Shown piece after piece: positions 1-9,981 of a DNA stretch of 64,000 nt (the first letter of the stretch is position 1; each line of letters opens with the position of its first letter). Both the position numbers and the translations under genes were made by a program. The notes under the pieces were generated by a model, which did not search any database, was not told the DNA's origin, and saw nothing but the letters and a program-made list of their open reading frames with translations. Source of the stretch: Candidatus Cloacimonadales bacterium (GTDB lineage: Bacteria; Cloacimonadota; Cloacimonadia; Cloacimonadales; JAFGVF01); the NCBI GenBank assembly GCA_963667035.1, contig OY762964.1:128001-192000 (forward strand), in the 5' to 3' direction.

Positions 1-2
1 GA

Positions 3-473
3 GAACAGAATTTTATTGGGCATGATAAAGATATGGATATTGGAGTTCATATATCAGAGTATAAAGAATCTCTTATCCCACACTTAACAAAAAACAACTG
101 GGAAGTCATTCGAGTATTAGGAACAATTCAACAAGGATTGGAGCTATCCCTAAAAAAAAATGGTCATAAGATTGATATTTTCTTTTTCTACGAAGATGGT
201 AATCAAGTTTGGCATGCAGCTTGGCAAGGTCAAAAGATTGACGGAAAACGCTATAGAAGAATGATAAAGTACAGTTATGAAAAGTTTAATTTAAAAGAAA
301 TTGAATTTCTGAATCACACCTTTTCAGCTCCAGATAATCCGGAGAAATACATCATAACTAAATATGGTGAAAATTGGCGGACTCCTATCAAGAATTGGGA
401 TTGGGCATTGGGTCCGGCTAATTCAGAATTAACTGATATTATTGTGTCAGAGGTTAAACGCAAAAAATTATGA
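3..473 (+). CDS. LicD/fukutin-family phosphotransferase (5'-truncated by window edge)
   Basis: The frame is open upstream of the ATG at 33 and reads EQNFIGHDKDMDIG (LicD-type DxD motif), then KIDIFFFY and P..PEKYI...YG.NW..P. Adjacent to tagD. Confidence 0.8.
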   Translation, partial: EQNFIGHDKDMDIGVHISEYKESLIPHLTKNNWEVIRVLGTIQQGLELSLKKNGHKIDIFFFYEDGNQVWHAAWQGQKIDGKRYRRMIKYSYEKFNLKEIEFLNHTFSAPDNPEKYIITKYGENWRTPIKNWDWALGPANSELTDIIVSEVKRKKL

Positions 474-871
474 AGAGAGTAATAACTTACGGTACATTTG
501 ACTTATTCCATTATGGACATCTCAGACTCTTAAGAAGAGCCAAATCTCTAGGAGATTATCTTATTGTAGCTGTCTCAACCGATGAGTTCAATACTTTAAA
601 AGAGAAAAAATGTACATATCCGTGCTTTGAAAGAATGGAGATTGTAAAAGCAATTGAGTTTGTTGATGAAGTTATTCCTGAAGATAGTTGGGATCAGAAG
701 ATTTCAGATATCCAAAAACACAATATTGATATATTTGTTATGGGTGATGACTGGAAGGGTAAGTTCGATGAACTGAAGGAGTATTGCGAAGTAGTCTATC
801 TAGAGCGTACTCCCGATATATCAACAACTCAAATTAAAACCAATATTAAGGAAAATCCTATTAATGAATAA
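470..871 (+). CDS. tagD: Glycerol-3-phosphate cytidylyltransferase
   Basis: ITYGTFDLFHYGH (HxGH), VAVSTDEFN, MGDDWKGKFD and RTPDISTT motifs; 133 aa. Confidence 0.93.
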   Translation: MKRVITYGTFDLFHYGHLRLLRRAKSLGDYLIVAVSTDEFNTLKEKKCTYPCFERMEIVKAIEFVDEVIPEDSWDQKISDIQKHNIDIFVMGDDWKGKFDELKEYCEVVYLERTPDISTTQIKTNIKENPINE

Positions 872-1586
872 AACGATTTGGATGTATTGGGAAGACCCTA
901 AACATGGAGTTAAACCACCTTATATTGATTTATGTATGGAAACAATTGAAAGAAATAAAGGTGATTACAAGATTGTTATAGTTACCCCAAACAATGTACG
1001 AGATTTTCTTCCTGACATAACACCAAGAGTTTTTAAAATCAAGAAAATTGCTCATAGAGCAGATTATATACGAGGTCATTTATTACTTAAATACGGTGGA
1101 GTTTGGCTTGATAGCGATGTTATATTACTCAAAACATTGAATCTAGACGACTGTTTTAAAGACCATGACTTTGTTGGATATGGTAAAGATATTGGAGAAC
1201 CATCCATTAACTTCTTCGGTGCAAAAGCCGGATGCCCTCTTGTTGAGAAATGGGTTTCCGGAATGGATAAGAAAATGAAGAGTTTTATTCCTAAGTATAA
1301 GTTCAAATGGACCGAACTTGGATATTCTATCTTATGGACTTACTCTAAGAGCTATGACTATTACCATATTGATTATAATTTAATCGCTCCTGTCGCATGG
1401 CAGGATTGGGAATTGTTCTTCGATAATAAAACTAAACTTAATAATATTATTACAAATAAAACTATATCTATGATGCTCTTCAACAAGAATATGTTTCAAA
1501 AACTGGAAAGAATTAGTAAAAAAGAAATACTTAGTGCAGATAACCTTCTTGGAGAAGTGTTCAGATATGCCCTAAAAGAGGTCTAG
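864..1586 (+). CDS. GT32 / capsular polysaccharide synthesis glycosyltransferase
   Basis: IWMYW start and ADYIR..LL.KYGGVWLDSD (DxD) motif. Confidence 0.85.
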   Translation: MNKTIWMYWEDPKHGVKPPYIDLCMETIERNKGDYKIVIVTPNNVRDFLPDITPRVFKIKKIAHRADYIRGHLLLKYGGVWLDSDVILLKTLNLDDCFKDHDFVGYGKDIGEPSINFFGAKAGCPLVEKWVSGMDKKMKSFIPKYKFKWTELGYSILWTYSKSYDYYHIDYNLIAPVAWQDWELFFDNKTKLNNIITNKTISMMLFNKNMFQKLERISKKEILSADNLLGEVFRYALKEV

Positions 1587-1587
1587 T

Positions 1588-2436
1588 TTGAAGAAAATCT
1601 CTGTTGTTATTTCTGTCTATAACCGTTCTGACCTATTGTATAAATGTTTAACATCCATAAACAATCAAACTCTCATTCCGTATGAAGTAGTGCTATCAGA
1701 TGACGGTTCACAAGAAGACATTACAGCTTTTATTACTAAACATAAAGACGAGTTTTCTTTCCCTATAGTTTATTGTGAACAAGATGATGCAGGTTTCCGA
1801 CTTGCAAGATGTAAAAATAATGGGATTAAAGAAGCTAGTGGTGACATTTTAGTATTCCTAGATCAAGATATTGTTACGACCAAAACCTATATTGAAACCA
1901 TTTCACAAAATATCCGAGAAAGTCGTTTTATAGTAAGTCTTCCAGCAAGAACAACCGAAGAACAAGCTATCTTAATTGACACTGAGTGCATAGTTGATTC
2001 ATCGTACTTATCAGTTATTACTCCCGCCCAGATTAAGCATATCAGAAAACAATATTGGAAAGAGAAGCTATATTACCATCTTAACTTACTTAGGTTGAGA
2101 AAGACAGGGATAAAACTTAGAGGTGGTGTATTCTCAATTTATAAGAAGGATTTAGTCAGTGTAAATGGGTTTGACGAGAACTTTGTTAGATGGGGTAATG
2201 AGGATGACGATTTAGGGAGAAGACTCAATAATCATGGAATCGTAGGAATGAATCCATTTAAGAAAGACTTCACAGTCCATCTCTATCATAAACAGAATAA
2301 TGATGGGAACTCCAGAGAGAATAAAGATTACTTTAAAAAATTAAAAGCCAAATATAAAATGGGTTATTACTTCTGTGAATTTGGTATAAATAACTCTAAG
2401 GATACTGACCCTATAAGAGTTAAGAGATTCAATTAA
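1588..2436 (+). CDS. GT2 family glycosyltransferase
   Basis: ISVVISVYNR, DDGS, FLDQD, VNGFDENF..WG.EDDDL motifs. Confidence 0.9.
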   Translation: MKKISVVISVYNRSDLLYKCLTSINNQTLIPYEVVLSDDGSQEDITAFITKHKDEFSFPIVYCEQDDAGFRLARCKNNGIKEASGDILVFLDQDIVTTKTYIETISQNIRESRFIVSLPARTTEEQAILIDTECIVDSSYLSVITPAQIKHIRKQYWKEKLYYHLNLLRLRKTGIKLRGGVFSIYKKDLVSVNGFDENFVRWGNEDDDLGRRLNNHGIVGMNPFKKDFTVHLYHKQNNDGNSRENKDYFKKLKAKYKMGYYFCEFGINNSKDTDPIRVKRFN

Positions 2437-3434
2437 ACCGATAGTTTTTGCCTTATACTGCTAAATACCTTATCCGGCTTTATGAATTTCATGCAGTTAT
2501 GATGTCCTAAAGGGCACTTCTTGTGACCATGCATACCGCAAGGTCTGCAATCCAAATCAACTTCAAAAAGAATATCATTATCTCCATAGGGATAATAACC
2601 GTATCTCTTCACCGTTGGACCAAAGAAAGCAAACACAGGTATCTTAACGGCATTGCCTATGTGCAATGCTCCGCTATCATTACAGATTAACGCTCTACAC
2701 TTTGAAAGTAAAGCTGCAGATTCCGTTATAGATAGCTCTCCACAACTGTTAATTGCTGTGATTCCCGCTTCAGAGATGATTCTATCTGCCAGTTCTTTCT
2801 CAGCCTTGCTTCCAATGAATACTAGCCTATAACCATCAGCATTAAGTAATTCAACAAGTCTGACGTAATATTCTTCCGGCCATCTTTTAGTAGCCCATAC
2901 CGAGCCGGGAGCTATTGCAATCGAATTCTCGGATTCTATATATTTCTCTGCCTTATTCTCTTCTTCCTGAGTAAAATAAAGCTCAGAATGCCAATCTGGT
3001 TTTTGGTCTGTGAAATTGCTTAACAATCCCAGATTCTTCTCAGCTTTATGAACATTCCGGGGATGCTTGAAATTCTTTGTCAGCAAATGCTTTCTATAAT
3101 CCTGATTAAAACCGTAGCGTTCTTTAACGCCTGCAAGGAAGAGTAAAAGCAAAGTTCTGAGAGACCGATGCGGAGTTAAAGCTAAGTCATAGTTTGATTT
3201 GCTTAACTTGAATAGTGTAGAAACAAATCCCTTTAGATTGAAACCGGACTTATCCAAGCAAATTATCTCATTGATGTAAGGATTATGCTTAAGCACAGAT
3301 TTATTGCTTGATTGAACCAGCACATCTATTACTGCTTCCGGGAAAAGCTTTTTAGTCTCCCTGATTAGAGGTGTGATTAAGATTACATCACCAATAAAAG
3401 CTGTCTGGACTATCAATATTCTTTTATAATTCAC
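2433..3434 (-). CDS. waaF: GT9 ADP-heptose:LPS heptosyltransferase (WaaF-like)
   Basis: ILIVQTAFIGDVIL, APGSVWATKRWP, NDSGALH, FGPT and the C-terminal CRPC...C...H.C motif. Start moved to the GTG at 3434 (ORF track begins at 3458). Confidence 0.8.
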   Translation of the reverse strand: MNYKRILIVQTAFIGDVILITPLIRETKKLFPEAVIDVLVQSSNKSVLKHNPYINEIICLDKSGFNLKGFVSTLFKLSKSNYDLALTPHRSLRTLLLLFLAGVKERYGFNQDYRKHLLTKNFKHPRNVHKAEKNLGLLSNFTDQKPDWHSELYFTQEEENKAEKYIESENSIAIAPGSVWATKRWPEEYYVRLVELLNADGYRLVFIGSKAEKELADRIISEAGITAINSCGELSITESAALLSKCRALICNDSGALHIGNAVKIPVFAFFGPTVKRYGYYPYGDNDILFEVDLDCRPCGMHGHKKCPLGHHNCMKFIKPDKVFSSIRQKLSV

Positions 3435-4509
3435 CGACAATTTCCTTGTATAACTCAATATGCTTATCTATATTCACAGAGATATCAAAATCATGTACTG
3501 ATTTCTTAGCATTCTTACCTAGTTTCTTTCTCAGTTCTTTATCCTCGACTAACTCCATAATGGCTTTTGCTAAGGCATAATGATCTTTCTTAGGTACCAG
3601 CAATCCATTCTCTCTATTAGTAATCATTTCAGGAATCCCACCGGCATTGGTACAAACACATGCTATACCGCAATTCAAGGCATCAATTACACTAGTACCA
3701 AGTCCTTCCAGCTTAGATGACAGCACAAATATATCAAAAGCATTCAGATAGTCATATACATTAGGTTTATACCCCAATAAGATAAATCTATCCTCAACAT
3801 CATGCTTTTTAATGAGTCTGTTTATCTCGTCAGTAAGTTTTCCGTCTCCTACCGAAACAAATAAAACTTCCGGATGCTTATTCAGAACCAGTTTAGCTGC
3901 ATTTATCAAAGTTGGATAATCTTTATGCCCAGTATGAGCGGCAACTGTACCGATTAACAAAGAATGATTAGGAATTGTCTCATCGATTATCTTAAAATTT
4001 GGATTAATACTATCAATCTTCTTTAAATCAATAGCACTTCTTATTACACTTAGCTTGTCAGTGGGAATACCACCGTCTTTTACAACATGATATATGTTAT
4101 CGGAAATACAGATTAATCTTTTCAAGAAGATATTATTATATTTTAGTCTGCTAAAGAAGTTACCCCTAATCGGGAAATCAACTCTTCTTGAAGCAACCAC
4201 AGGTATACCTGAAAACATTGAACACATTAATCCTATACTTAAGGCATGTGAGTTGTGACAATGAATAAGAGAAGCTTTGACTTTCTTAGAGTAAACAGCT
4301 ATTCTAACAGCAGAAAGGATATCGCCTTCAGATTTCAATGAAAATAGCTTATACGGTATATTATTGTTTTCTGCGTACTCATGTAATTTTGAGTTTTTTC
4401 TGCAGATTAAAGTTACATCAATCCCTTTTTCAATAAGCCCAAGAATAAGATAGACAGCTTGTTGCTGTCCTCCTCTCCATTCTGTCTCAGTATCAATGTG
4501 AATTATCAT
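3424..4509 (-). CDS. GT4 family glycosyltransferase
   Basis: WRGGQQQ, SRRVDF, DIFVLSSKLEGLGTSVIDA, GGIPE motifs. Confidence 0.9.
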   Translation of the reverse strand: MIIHIDTETEWRGGQQQAVYLILGLIEKGIDVTLICRKNSKLHEYAENNNIPYKLFSLKSEGDILSAVRIAVYSKKVKASLIHCHNSHALSIGLMCSMFSGIPVVASRRVDFPIRGNFFSRLKYNNIFLKRLICISDNIYHVVKDGGIPTDKLSVIRSAIDLKKIDSINPNFKIIDETIPNHSLLIGTVAAHTGHKDYPTLINAAKLVLNKHPEVLFVSVGDGKLTDEINRLIKKHDVEDRFILLGYKPNVYDYLNAFDIFVLSSKLEGLGTSVIDALNCGIACVCTNAGGIPEMITNRENGLLVPKKDHYALAKAIMELVEDKELRKKLGKNAKKSVHDFDISVNIDKHIELYKEIVGEL

Positions 4510-5252
4510 TTTCTATTTAGTTCCCACAGCTTAACATATTTCCAGAAATGTCCCATAGAAGAATTTACACACAGGATAAAGCCTTCTTTACCATCTAATA
4601 ATCCTGCTTTAAAAAAATACATGGATATGAATTTCCAGACACTTCTGCAATACGCCCCAATCAAGCTACATTTCTTATTCTTATTGTGTAGTCTTTTGCT
4701 ACTTAAAGATGAATAGAATTTCATCTTTTCAATATGGCTATCAATAGTCGGATAAGTATAATGCAAAAGTACATTGTTAATATGACCGATTTCACCTTCA
4801 ATATGAACGGATTCATGAACGGATTTATCATTGAATCTACCTTTGTCTTTTCTAAAAAGTCTTAAGGTATAATCCCCACCCCATCCACAGTGCTTAATCT
4901 GTCTGCCAAGATAAAAGGAACGCCTAAGTATTCTATATCCGTTCAAACTGCCGGTATCATCAATAATTGCTTTAATCTTGCTTGCTAAATCAGGAGTAAC
5001 AACTTCATCCGCATCAATAGAGAGAATCCATTCGTTACTGCATAAATCTACGGCTTTCTGTTTACATTTGCCAAATCCAAGCCACTCGCTCTCGTAAAGC
5101 TTACAGCCGAATTCTGTGGCTATAATCTTGCTATTGTCGGTCGAGCCTGTATCAAGAACTACAATCTCATCCACCCATCGCAATGAGTTGAGCATTCGAG
5201 GAAGATTAGCTTCCTCATTCTTTATGATAACAGAAACACTTAGTTTAGCCAT
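4506..5252 (-). CDS. GT2 LPS beta-glucosyltransferase (KdtX/WaaE-like)
   Basis: KNEE, DTGSTD, WLGFG, WILSIDADE, VHE motifs. Confidence 0.88.
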   Translation of the reverse strand: MAKLSVSVIIKNEEANLPRMLNSLRWVDEIVVLDTGSTDNSKIIATEFGCKLYESEWLGFGKCKQKAVDLCSNEWILSIDADEVVTPDLASKIKAIIDDTGSLNGYRILRRSFYLGRQIKHCGWGGDYTLRLFRKDKGRFNDKSVHESVHIEGEIGHINNVLLHYTYPTIDSHIEKMKFYSSLSSKRLHNKNKKCSLIGAYCRSVWKFISMYFFKAGLLDGKEGFILCVNSSMGHFWKYVKLWELNRK

Positions 5253-5254
5253 TA

Positions 5255-6202
5255 TTAGTACTTTTTCAGAAGATTATAGTTTCTGAAACCGCCTATCTGC
5301 TTACCACTGTTAAAAATCTCTTCTATAGTACTCAAAGCTCTATATCTGAATTGTTCATGCTTGTGTAATTCTCTATACGGGTTCGGTTTACCTTCGGCTT
5401 GAAGTTTATCTGCCCAATTGAATTCACTAATCATCTTCTCCATGACTTTTGGGTGAGTGCCATGAAAAACTCCAAGTCTATCCAATGGACCATAATCAAA
5501 TTCTTTAGGAGCTTTATCATAATAATCGCTGGCTTTTTTCTTACCCCAGTGAACTGAATCGAGAGCTTTACGCTTATTTTGCATTAAATGCGGAGGTCTT
5601 ACCCAACCGTAATGGTATATTTCTGCATCCACGTTAGCAACACTAATCTTATGTGTACCTTCCGGTTGTCTGGGATTATCATAATAATCATAACGTCTGA
5701 AGGACTGAGCGGATTGCCATGAATAAATATCCGGTTTGTTTTTAATTATCCTGATTTCGTGAGGATACCAACCATGACCTACATGGTAATGATTATAGTC
5801 TCCCCAGAAATGCTTGTATCTAAAGAGTAATCCATCTACTTCGTCCACATTAAGAAGCTCTTCGCAACGCTTTTTTATCACCGGAAGATATTTCTCATGT
5901 ACAACTTCATCTGCTTGCACGTAGAATAACCAATCTCCGCTACATTGCTCCTTTGCAATGTTGGTTTGCATCCCGTTGATGACACCCTTTTTAAAAAACT
6001 CTTCTTCCCAGATTGTATCAATAATCTTTATCTTAGGATCACCAATAGCTTCTATCTGCTCTCTGGTTGTATCATCATCATCGCCTTTACCAACTGCAAT
6101 CACAAATTCATCACATATAGGGAGAATGGATTTAATTGATTCAATGACTGGATAATACAATTTAATTCCGTTTCTGACAAAACTGAATCCGCTTATACGC
6201 AT
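5255..6202 (-). CDS. GT2-like glycosyltransferase
   Basis: ISGFSFVRNG, GDWLFYVQADEV, YHYGWVRPP motifs within the LPS cluster. Confidence 0.8.
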   Translation of the reverse strand: MRISGFSFVRNGIKLYYPVIESIKSILPICDEFVIAVGKGDDDDTTREQIEAIGDPKIKIIDTIWEEEFFKKGVINGMQTNIAKEQCSGDWLFYVQADEVVHEKYLPVIKKRCEELLNVDEVDGLLFRYKHFWGDYNHYHVGHGWYPHEIRIIKNKPDIYSWQSAQSFRRYDYYDNPRQPEGTHKISVANVDAEIYHYGWVRPPHLMQNKRKALDSVHWGKKKASDYYDKAPKEFDYGPLDRLGVFHGTHPKVMEKMISEFNWADKLQAEGKPNPYRELHKHEQFRYRALSTIEEIFNSGKQIGGFRNYNLLKKY

Positions 6203-6330
6203 AACAATGTTGCTCCTATTAATAATCTCAACACTAAAATCATCAATAAGCTTATTGTAAAGGAATATTTAAGTATAGAATGCCTATATTAACAACATCC
6301 AAGTTAATTGTGGGCTTGTTTAGCTAATAT

Positions 6331-7395
6331 CTATAACCATTTATTCTTTTTAAAGATTCTCATCATCAACAAAGCAATAATCACGATAAGAACCCACCAT
6401 ATAGGATAAGCATACTTGAAATGTAACTCAGGCATAAACTCAAAGTTCATACCATAGATCCCGGCGATAAATGTTAAAGGTATAAAGATAGCGGCAAAGA
6501 TAGTGAGAAGTTTCATTATACCGTTCATTCTGTGACTCATCATCGATAAATACAATTCTAACAGATTAGCTGTTGCATCTCTGATTATTTCTACTGTATC
6601 AATAACTTGACTTACATGGTCAAACAAATCTCTGAAGTATACTTCCGTGGATGTATTCAACATATTGATGTCCATTCTCTGCAAAGTCTTCATAGCTTGC
6701 TGCAATGGTAAAATGCTCTTTCTAACGAGCATCATCTCTTTACGAAGTCTATAGATATCCTCAAGGGTCGTTCTATCAGGATTTTCTAACACCGATTCTT
6801 CCAAAACCTCAATTTCATCTCCAATGTTTTCAAGCACGAGATAGTAGTTATCAATTATAATATCCAACAGTAGATACAATAGGTAATCAGAGGTTTCTTT
6901 TCTAACCCTTCCATGTCCGTTTCTCAAACGTTCTCTTACTGCTTCGAACACATCACCCTTTCTCTCTTGAAAAGAAATAAGGGAGTTCTTAGCAAGATAA
7001 AAGCTAATCTGCTCAGCATCCACACTAGTTCGTTTCTCATCGAAAGTAAGCATTTTTAAGATTATCAAAACACCGTTATCGAATACTTCAATCTTTGGTC
7101 TTTGATCAGTGTTAACAATATCTTCCAATGCCATAGTATGTATAGAGAAATGATGTCCTATCTCTGTAATAATCTCAGTGTTTTGAAGACCATCAATATT
7201 CAGCCAGTTTACCTTATCGGATTCTATCTTCTTAACTGCTTCTTTGATGGTAGGAAATCTATCTTCCAGAATATTACTCTCATCATAAGAGAACATTCTG
7301 ATTAAAGTAGGTTCTTTTCTCTCTCTTCCTATATAAACAATACTTCCGGGTGGTAAACCCTTCTTCTTCCCTGATTTTCTTACATATTTGGACAT
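6331..7395 (-). CDS. corA: Magnesium/cobalt transporter CorA
   Basis: GLPPGS, EDIVNTDQRPK and the GIYGMNF signature with two C-terminal TM helices. Confidence 0.95.
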   Translation of the reverse strand: MSKYVRKSGKKKGLPPGSIVYIGRERKEPTLIRMFSYDESNILEDRFPTIKEAVKKIESDKVNWLNIDGLQNTEIITEIGHHFSIHTMALEDIVNTDQRPKIEVFDNGVLIILKMLTFDEKRTSVDAEQISFYLAKNSLISFQERKGDVFEAVRERLRNGHGRVRKETSDYLLYLLLDIIIDNYYLVLENIGDEIEVLEESVLENPDRTTLEDIYRLRKEMMLVRKSILPLQQAMKTLQRMDINMLNTSTEVYFRDLFDHVSQVIDTVEIIRDATANLLELYLSMMSHRMNGIMKLLTIFAAIFIPLTFIAGIYGMNFEFMPELHFKYAYPIWWVLIVIIALLMMRIFKKNKWL

Positions 7396-7417
7396 AGTAT
7401 CCTCTTCTTCGGCTTAA

Positions 7418-9196
7418 CTAGTCAAACATTATACCAACCCCGACTACACCTATACCGCTATGACCTCCAACTACGGGGGAAATCGGCATTATATATTCGG
7501 GTCTTCTACCTGTGATAGTTGTTAGTCGTTCCGCATATTGCTGAGCCCTTTTTGGATTATCGGCATGGACTATGCAGTATTTCCATAGTTTACGCTCTTT
7601 TAGTCCTTTTCTTATAAGCTCAACCGTTCTATTCATATTTCCGGCTCTACTGAAACTATTACCTAATGTTTTAGGTTCACCCGTACCATCCATTAATACA
7701 ATCGGCTTTATGTTTAGCAAAGATCCGATAAATCCTTTAAAAGGTTTAATTCTACCCCCTCTAATCAGATACTTCAGGGTAGCAACATCAGTGTAAAGTG
7801 TAGTATTATTTATCCATTCATTGCTCTTCTCTAATATTTCATTTATTTCCATACCTGCTTTAATCGATTCTGCAACCCTTAGAGTAACCAATCCCATGGA
7901 TGCTGAAAGGTGCTTTGAATTAATCAGATGTACATTATCCAGTGGTAAAGTATTAACTATTGTCTTAAATGTACTGTATGTCCCGCTAAGATAATCGGAA
8001 ATGGTAAGAACAATCACATCATCGTAATACTTTTGCACAAACTCCATCACATTCTTAGACATTCCGGGATTAGGTTGTGCCGTATCGGGATGATTGGCTT
8101 CCGTTCTCAACATTTTATAGAACTTCTCAGGGCTCATATTCTTTTTGTCCAGATACTGCTTAGCCCCAAAAGTTATTCCTAAAGGTAGCTGGGATATCTG
8201 ATACTCATCTATTATATGTGCAGGAAGATCGCATGTTGTATCGGTAATAATACCAATCTTGTATTTTCTCTCATGAGCAATCTCATATTGTCTGACCATA
8301 TCATCAATCTTTGAACCGCTAACATCTCCAATGCTTTGAAGTATCTCAAAGAGCTTTTGAGGTTCATTGGAATGAATGTGAAGATGAATCTTGCTCTCAT
8401 CTCCTGCAACAATCAGGCTATCACCCATATCCTGCAGTTTCTTCTTTATTTCAATTATAGATAATTTGCTATCTGTGATAATAGCTTCATTACAATATCT
8501 GTATTTTCCCGGCTTCTCGGTATGATCATCTATCTCTTCAATGTTAATAGCTTCAACACCATGCACATGATGTCCTTTTAACGAACCTTTATGTATGAAG
8601 TCTACAATGCCTTCCAAGAACTCGACAAAACCGCTTGCTCCGGCATCTACAACTCCGGCATCAGCAAGTGCTTTAAGCTTGCTAGGAGTGTCTTTCAATG
8701 AAGCTCTGGCTGTTTCAAGCGAATCAGTCAACAGGTGTAGAAAATCAGTTGTTTTATGACTTCTCTTCTCCAAATCATCCGCCCACTCTCTAATCACGGT
8801 AAGCATTGTACCTTCGCGAGGATTCATCAAAGAATCATAAAGATGCTTTACCGCTTTCTGTGCACTCTCGGCAAATTTCTTTACTGATATATCACCCTTC
8901 TTGGGAAGTTCTTTACTCAAACTGTGAATGTACTGAGCAAAAATAATTCCCGAATTTCCTCTTGCTCCCGAAAGAGCTGAATCTGAGACAGAGTTTAATG
9001 TCTTATGCAAGCTTTTCTCACTTTTACTCTTATCAAGAATCGCTTGCATAGTCATGGCCATGTTAGTACCGGTATCTGCATCAGCTACCGGGAACACGTT
9101 AATTTTATTAAGATAGTTCCGACTCTTGATAACTGCTCTACCACCGGCTATTAATCCTGCATGAAAACGTTTACCGTCTAAATACTTAATCTTCAT
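7418..9196 (-). CDS. DAK2 (FakA-like) domain fused to DegV (FakB-like) domain; fatty acid kinase
   Basis: N-terminal INVFPVADADTGTNM, GARGNSG, EGTMLTV, VVDAG; C-terminal TDTTCDLP, LSGTYS, GGRI, IKPI, H.G.G (DegV). Confidence 0.9.
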   Translation of the reverse strand: MKIKYLDGKRFHAGLIAGGRAVIKSRNYLNKINVFPVADADTGTNMAMTMQAILDKSKSEKSLHKTLNSVSDSALSGARGNSGIIFAQYIHSLSKELPKKGDISVKKFAESAQKAVKHLYDSLMNPREGTMLTVIREWADDLEKRSHKTTDFLHLLTDSLETARASLKDTPSKLKALADAGVVDAGASGFVEFLEGIVDFIHKGSLKGHHVHGVEAINIEEIDDHTEKPGKYRYCNEAIITDSKLSIIEIKKKLQDMGDSLIVAGDESKIHLHIHSNEPQKLFEILQSIGDVSGSKIDDMVRQYEIAHERKYKIGIITDTTCDLPAHIIDEYQISQLPLGITFGAKQYLDKKNMSPEKFYKMLRTEANHPDTAQPNPGMSKNVMEFVQKYYDDVIVLTISDYLSGTYSTFKTIVNTLPLDNVHLINSKHLSASMGLVTLRVAESIKAGMEINEILEKSNEWINNTTLYTDVATLKYLIRGGRIKPFKGFIGSLLNIKPIVLMDGTGEPKTLGNSFSRAGNMNRTVELIRKGLKERKLWKYCIVHADNPKRAQQYAERLTTITGRRPEYIMPISPVVGGHSGIGVVGVGIMFD

Positions 9197-9216
9197 CAAA
9201 CCTACCAAATCATGTA

Positions 9217-9759
9217 TTACTCAAGAGCTGCCTCAATAGCTTCCACTATTTGTGGATTCTCAGGAGTCGTTCTTGATCCAAACCTATTTATTACTTTTCC
9301 CTCTTTCGAGACAAGAAATTTATTGAAGTTCCAGGTAATTTTACCTCCGAAGTCATGCCCTGCTTCATTTGAAGTGAGGTATTCATACAGCGGATGAATG
9401 TTGTTACCTTTAACATCTATTTTTGAAAACATTGGGAAAGTAACATTATATGTCGTCGTGCAAAACTGTTTTATTTCTTCATTTGTTCCGGGTTCCTGCT
9501 TCATGAAGTTGTTTGCCGGAAATCCAAGTATCACCAGACCTTTATCTTTGTACTCCTGATACAATTTTTCCAATCCTTCATATTGACCTGTAAACCCGCA
9601 TTTTGATGCTGTGTTGACAATCAAAATAACCTTCCCCTTAAACTGCTCAAAGCTGATTGAATCACCATCAATTGATGTAGCTTCAAAATTATATATATCA
9701 GTTGCTAGTACACTCATAGTTCCTCCTAATAGTATCAGTAATAGTATAATGATTTTCAT
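9217..9759 (-). CDS. Glutathione peroxidase family protein (Cys type), likely exported
   Basis: VNTASKCGFT, GFPANNF..QEPG, WNFNKFL; hydrophobic signal-like N-terminus after RBS GAGG at the ATG at 9759. Confidence 0.92.
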   Translation of the reverse strand: MKIIILLLILLGGTMSVLATDIYNFEATSIDGDSISFEQFKGKVILIVNTASKCGFTGQYEGLEKLYQEYKDKGLVILGFPANNFMKQEPGTNEEIKQFCTTTYNVTFPMFSKIDVKGNNIHPLYEYLTSNEAGHDFGGKITWNFNKFLVSKEGKVINRFGSRTTPENPQIVEAIEAALE

Positions 9760-9845
9760 TGTTAACCTCATTCCGTTTTTATTATAATATAACTCCCTAG
9801 CATCTTCTGACAATTATCAATTGTCTTCAAGCACTTCCCCCTTAC

Positions 9846-9981
9846 CTCTCAGCAGTAATTCTTGGCAGACACTTGGGAAACACTTAGGCAACCCTTGGGT
9901 AATCCTTGGGTTAATTAGCAAGAAATTGCCAATTTATTACCAAGATAGTAGCAACTTGAAATCACTGATTACTGCTGAGAG
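9846..9981. repeat. Intergenic element with 14-bp terminal inverted repeats and internal 11-bp periodic units
   Basis: CTCTCAGCAGTAAT (9846-9859) / ATTACTGCTGAGAG (9968-9981); five CTT(G/A)G-starting 11-mers at 9861-9915; CAA at 9919, 9930, 9941, 9952. Homologous copy near 26064-26213. Confidence 0.85.

Noticed and set aside
9217..9759. Selenocysteine glutathione peroxidase
   Set aside because: The active-site codon encodes Cys (ASKCG); there is no in-frame TGA.
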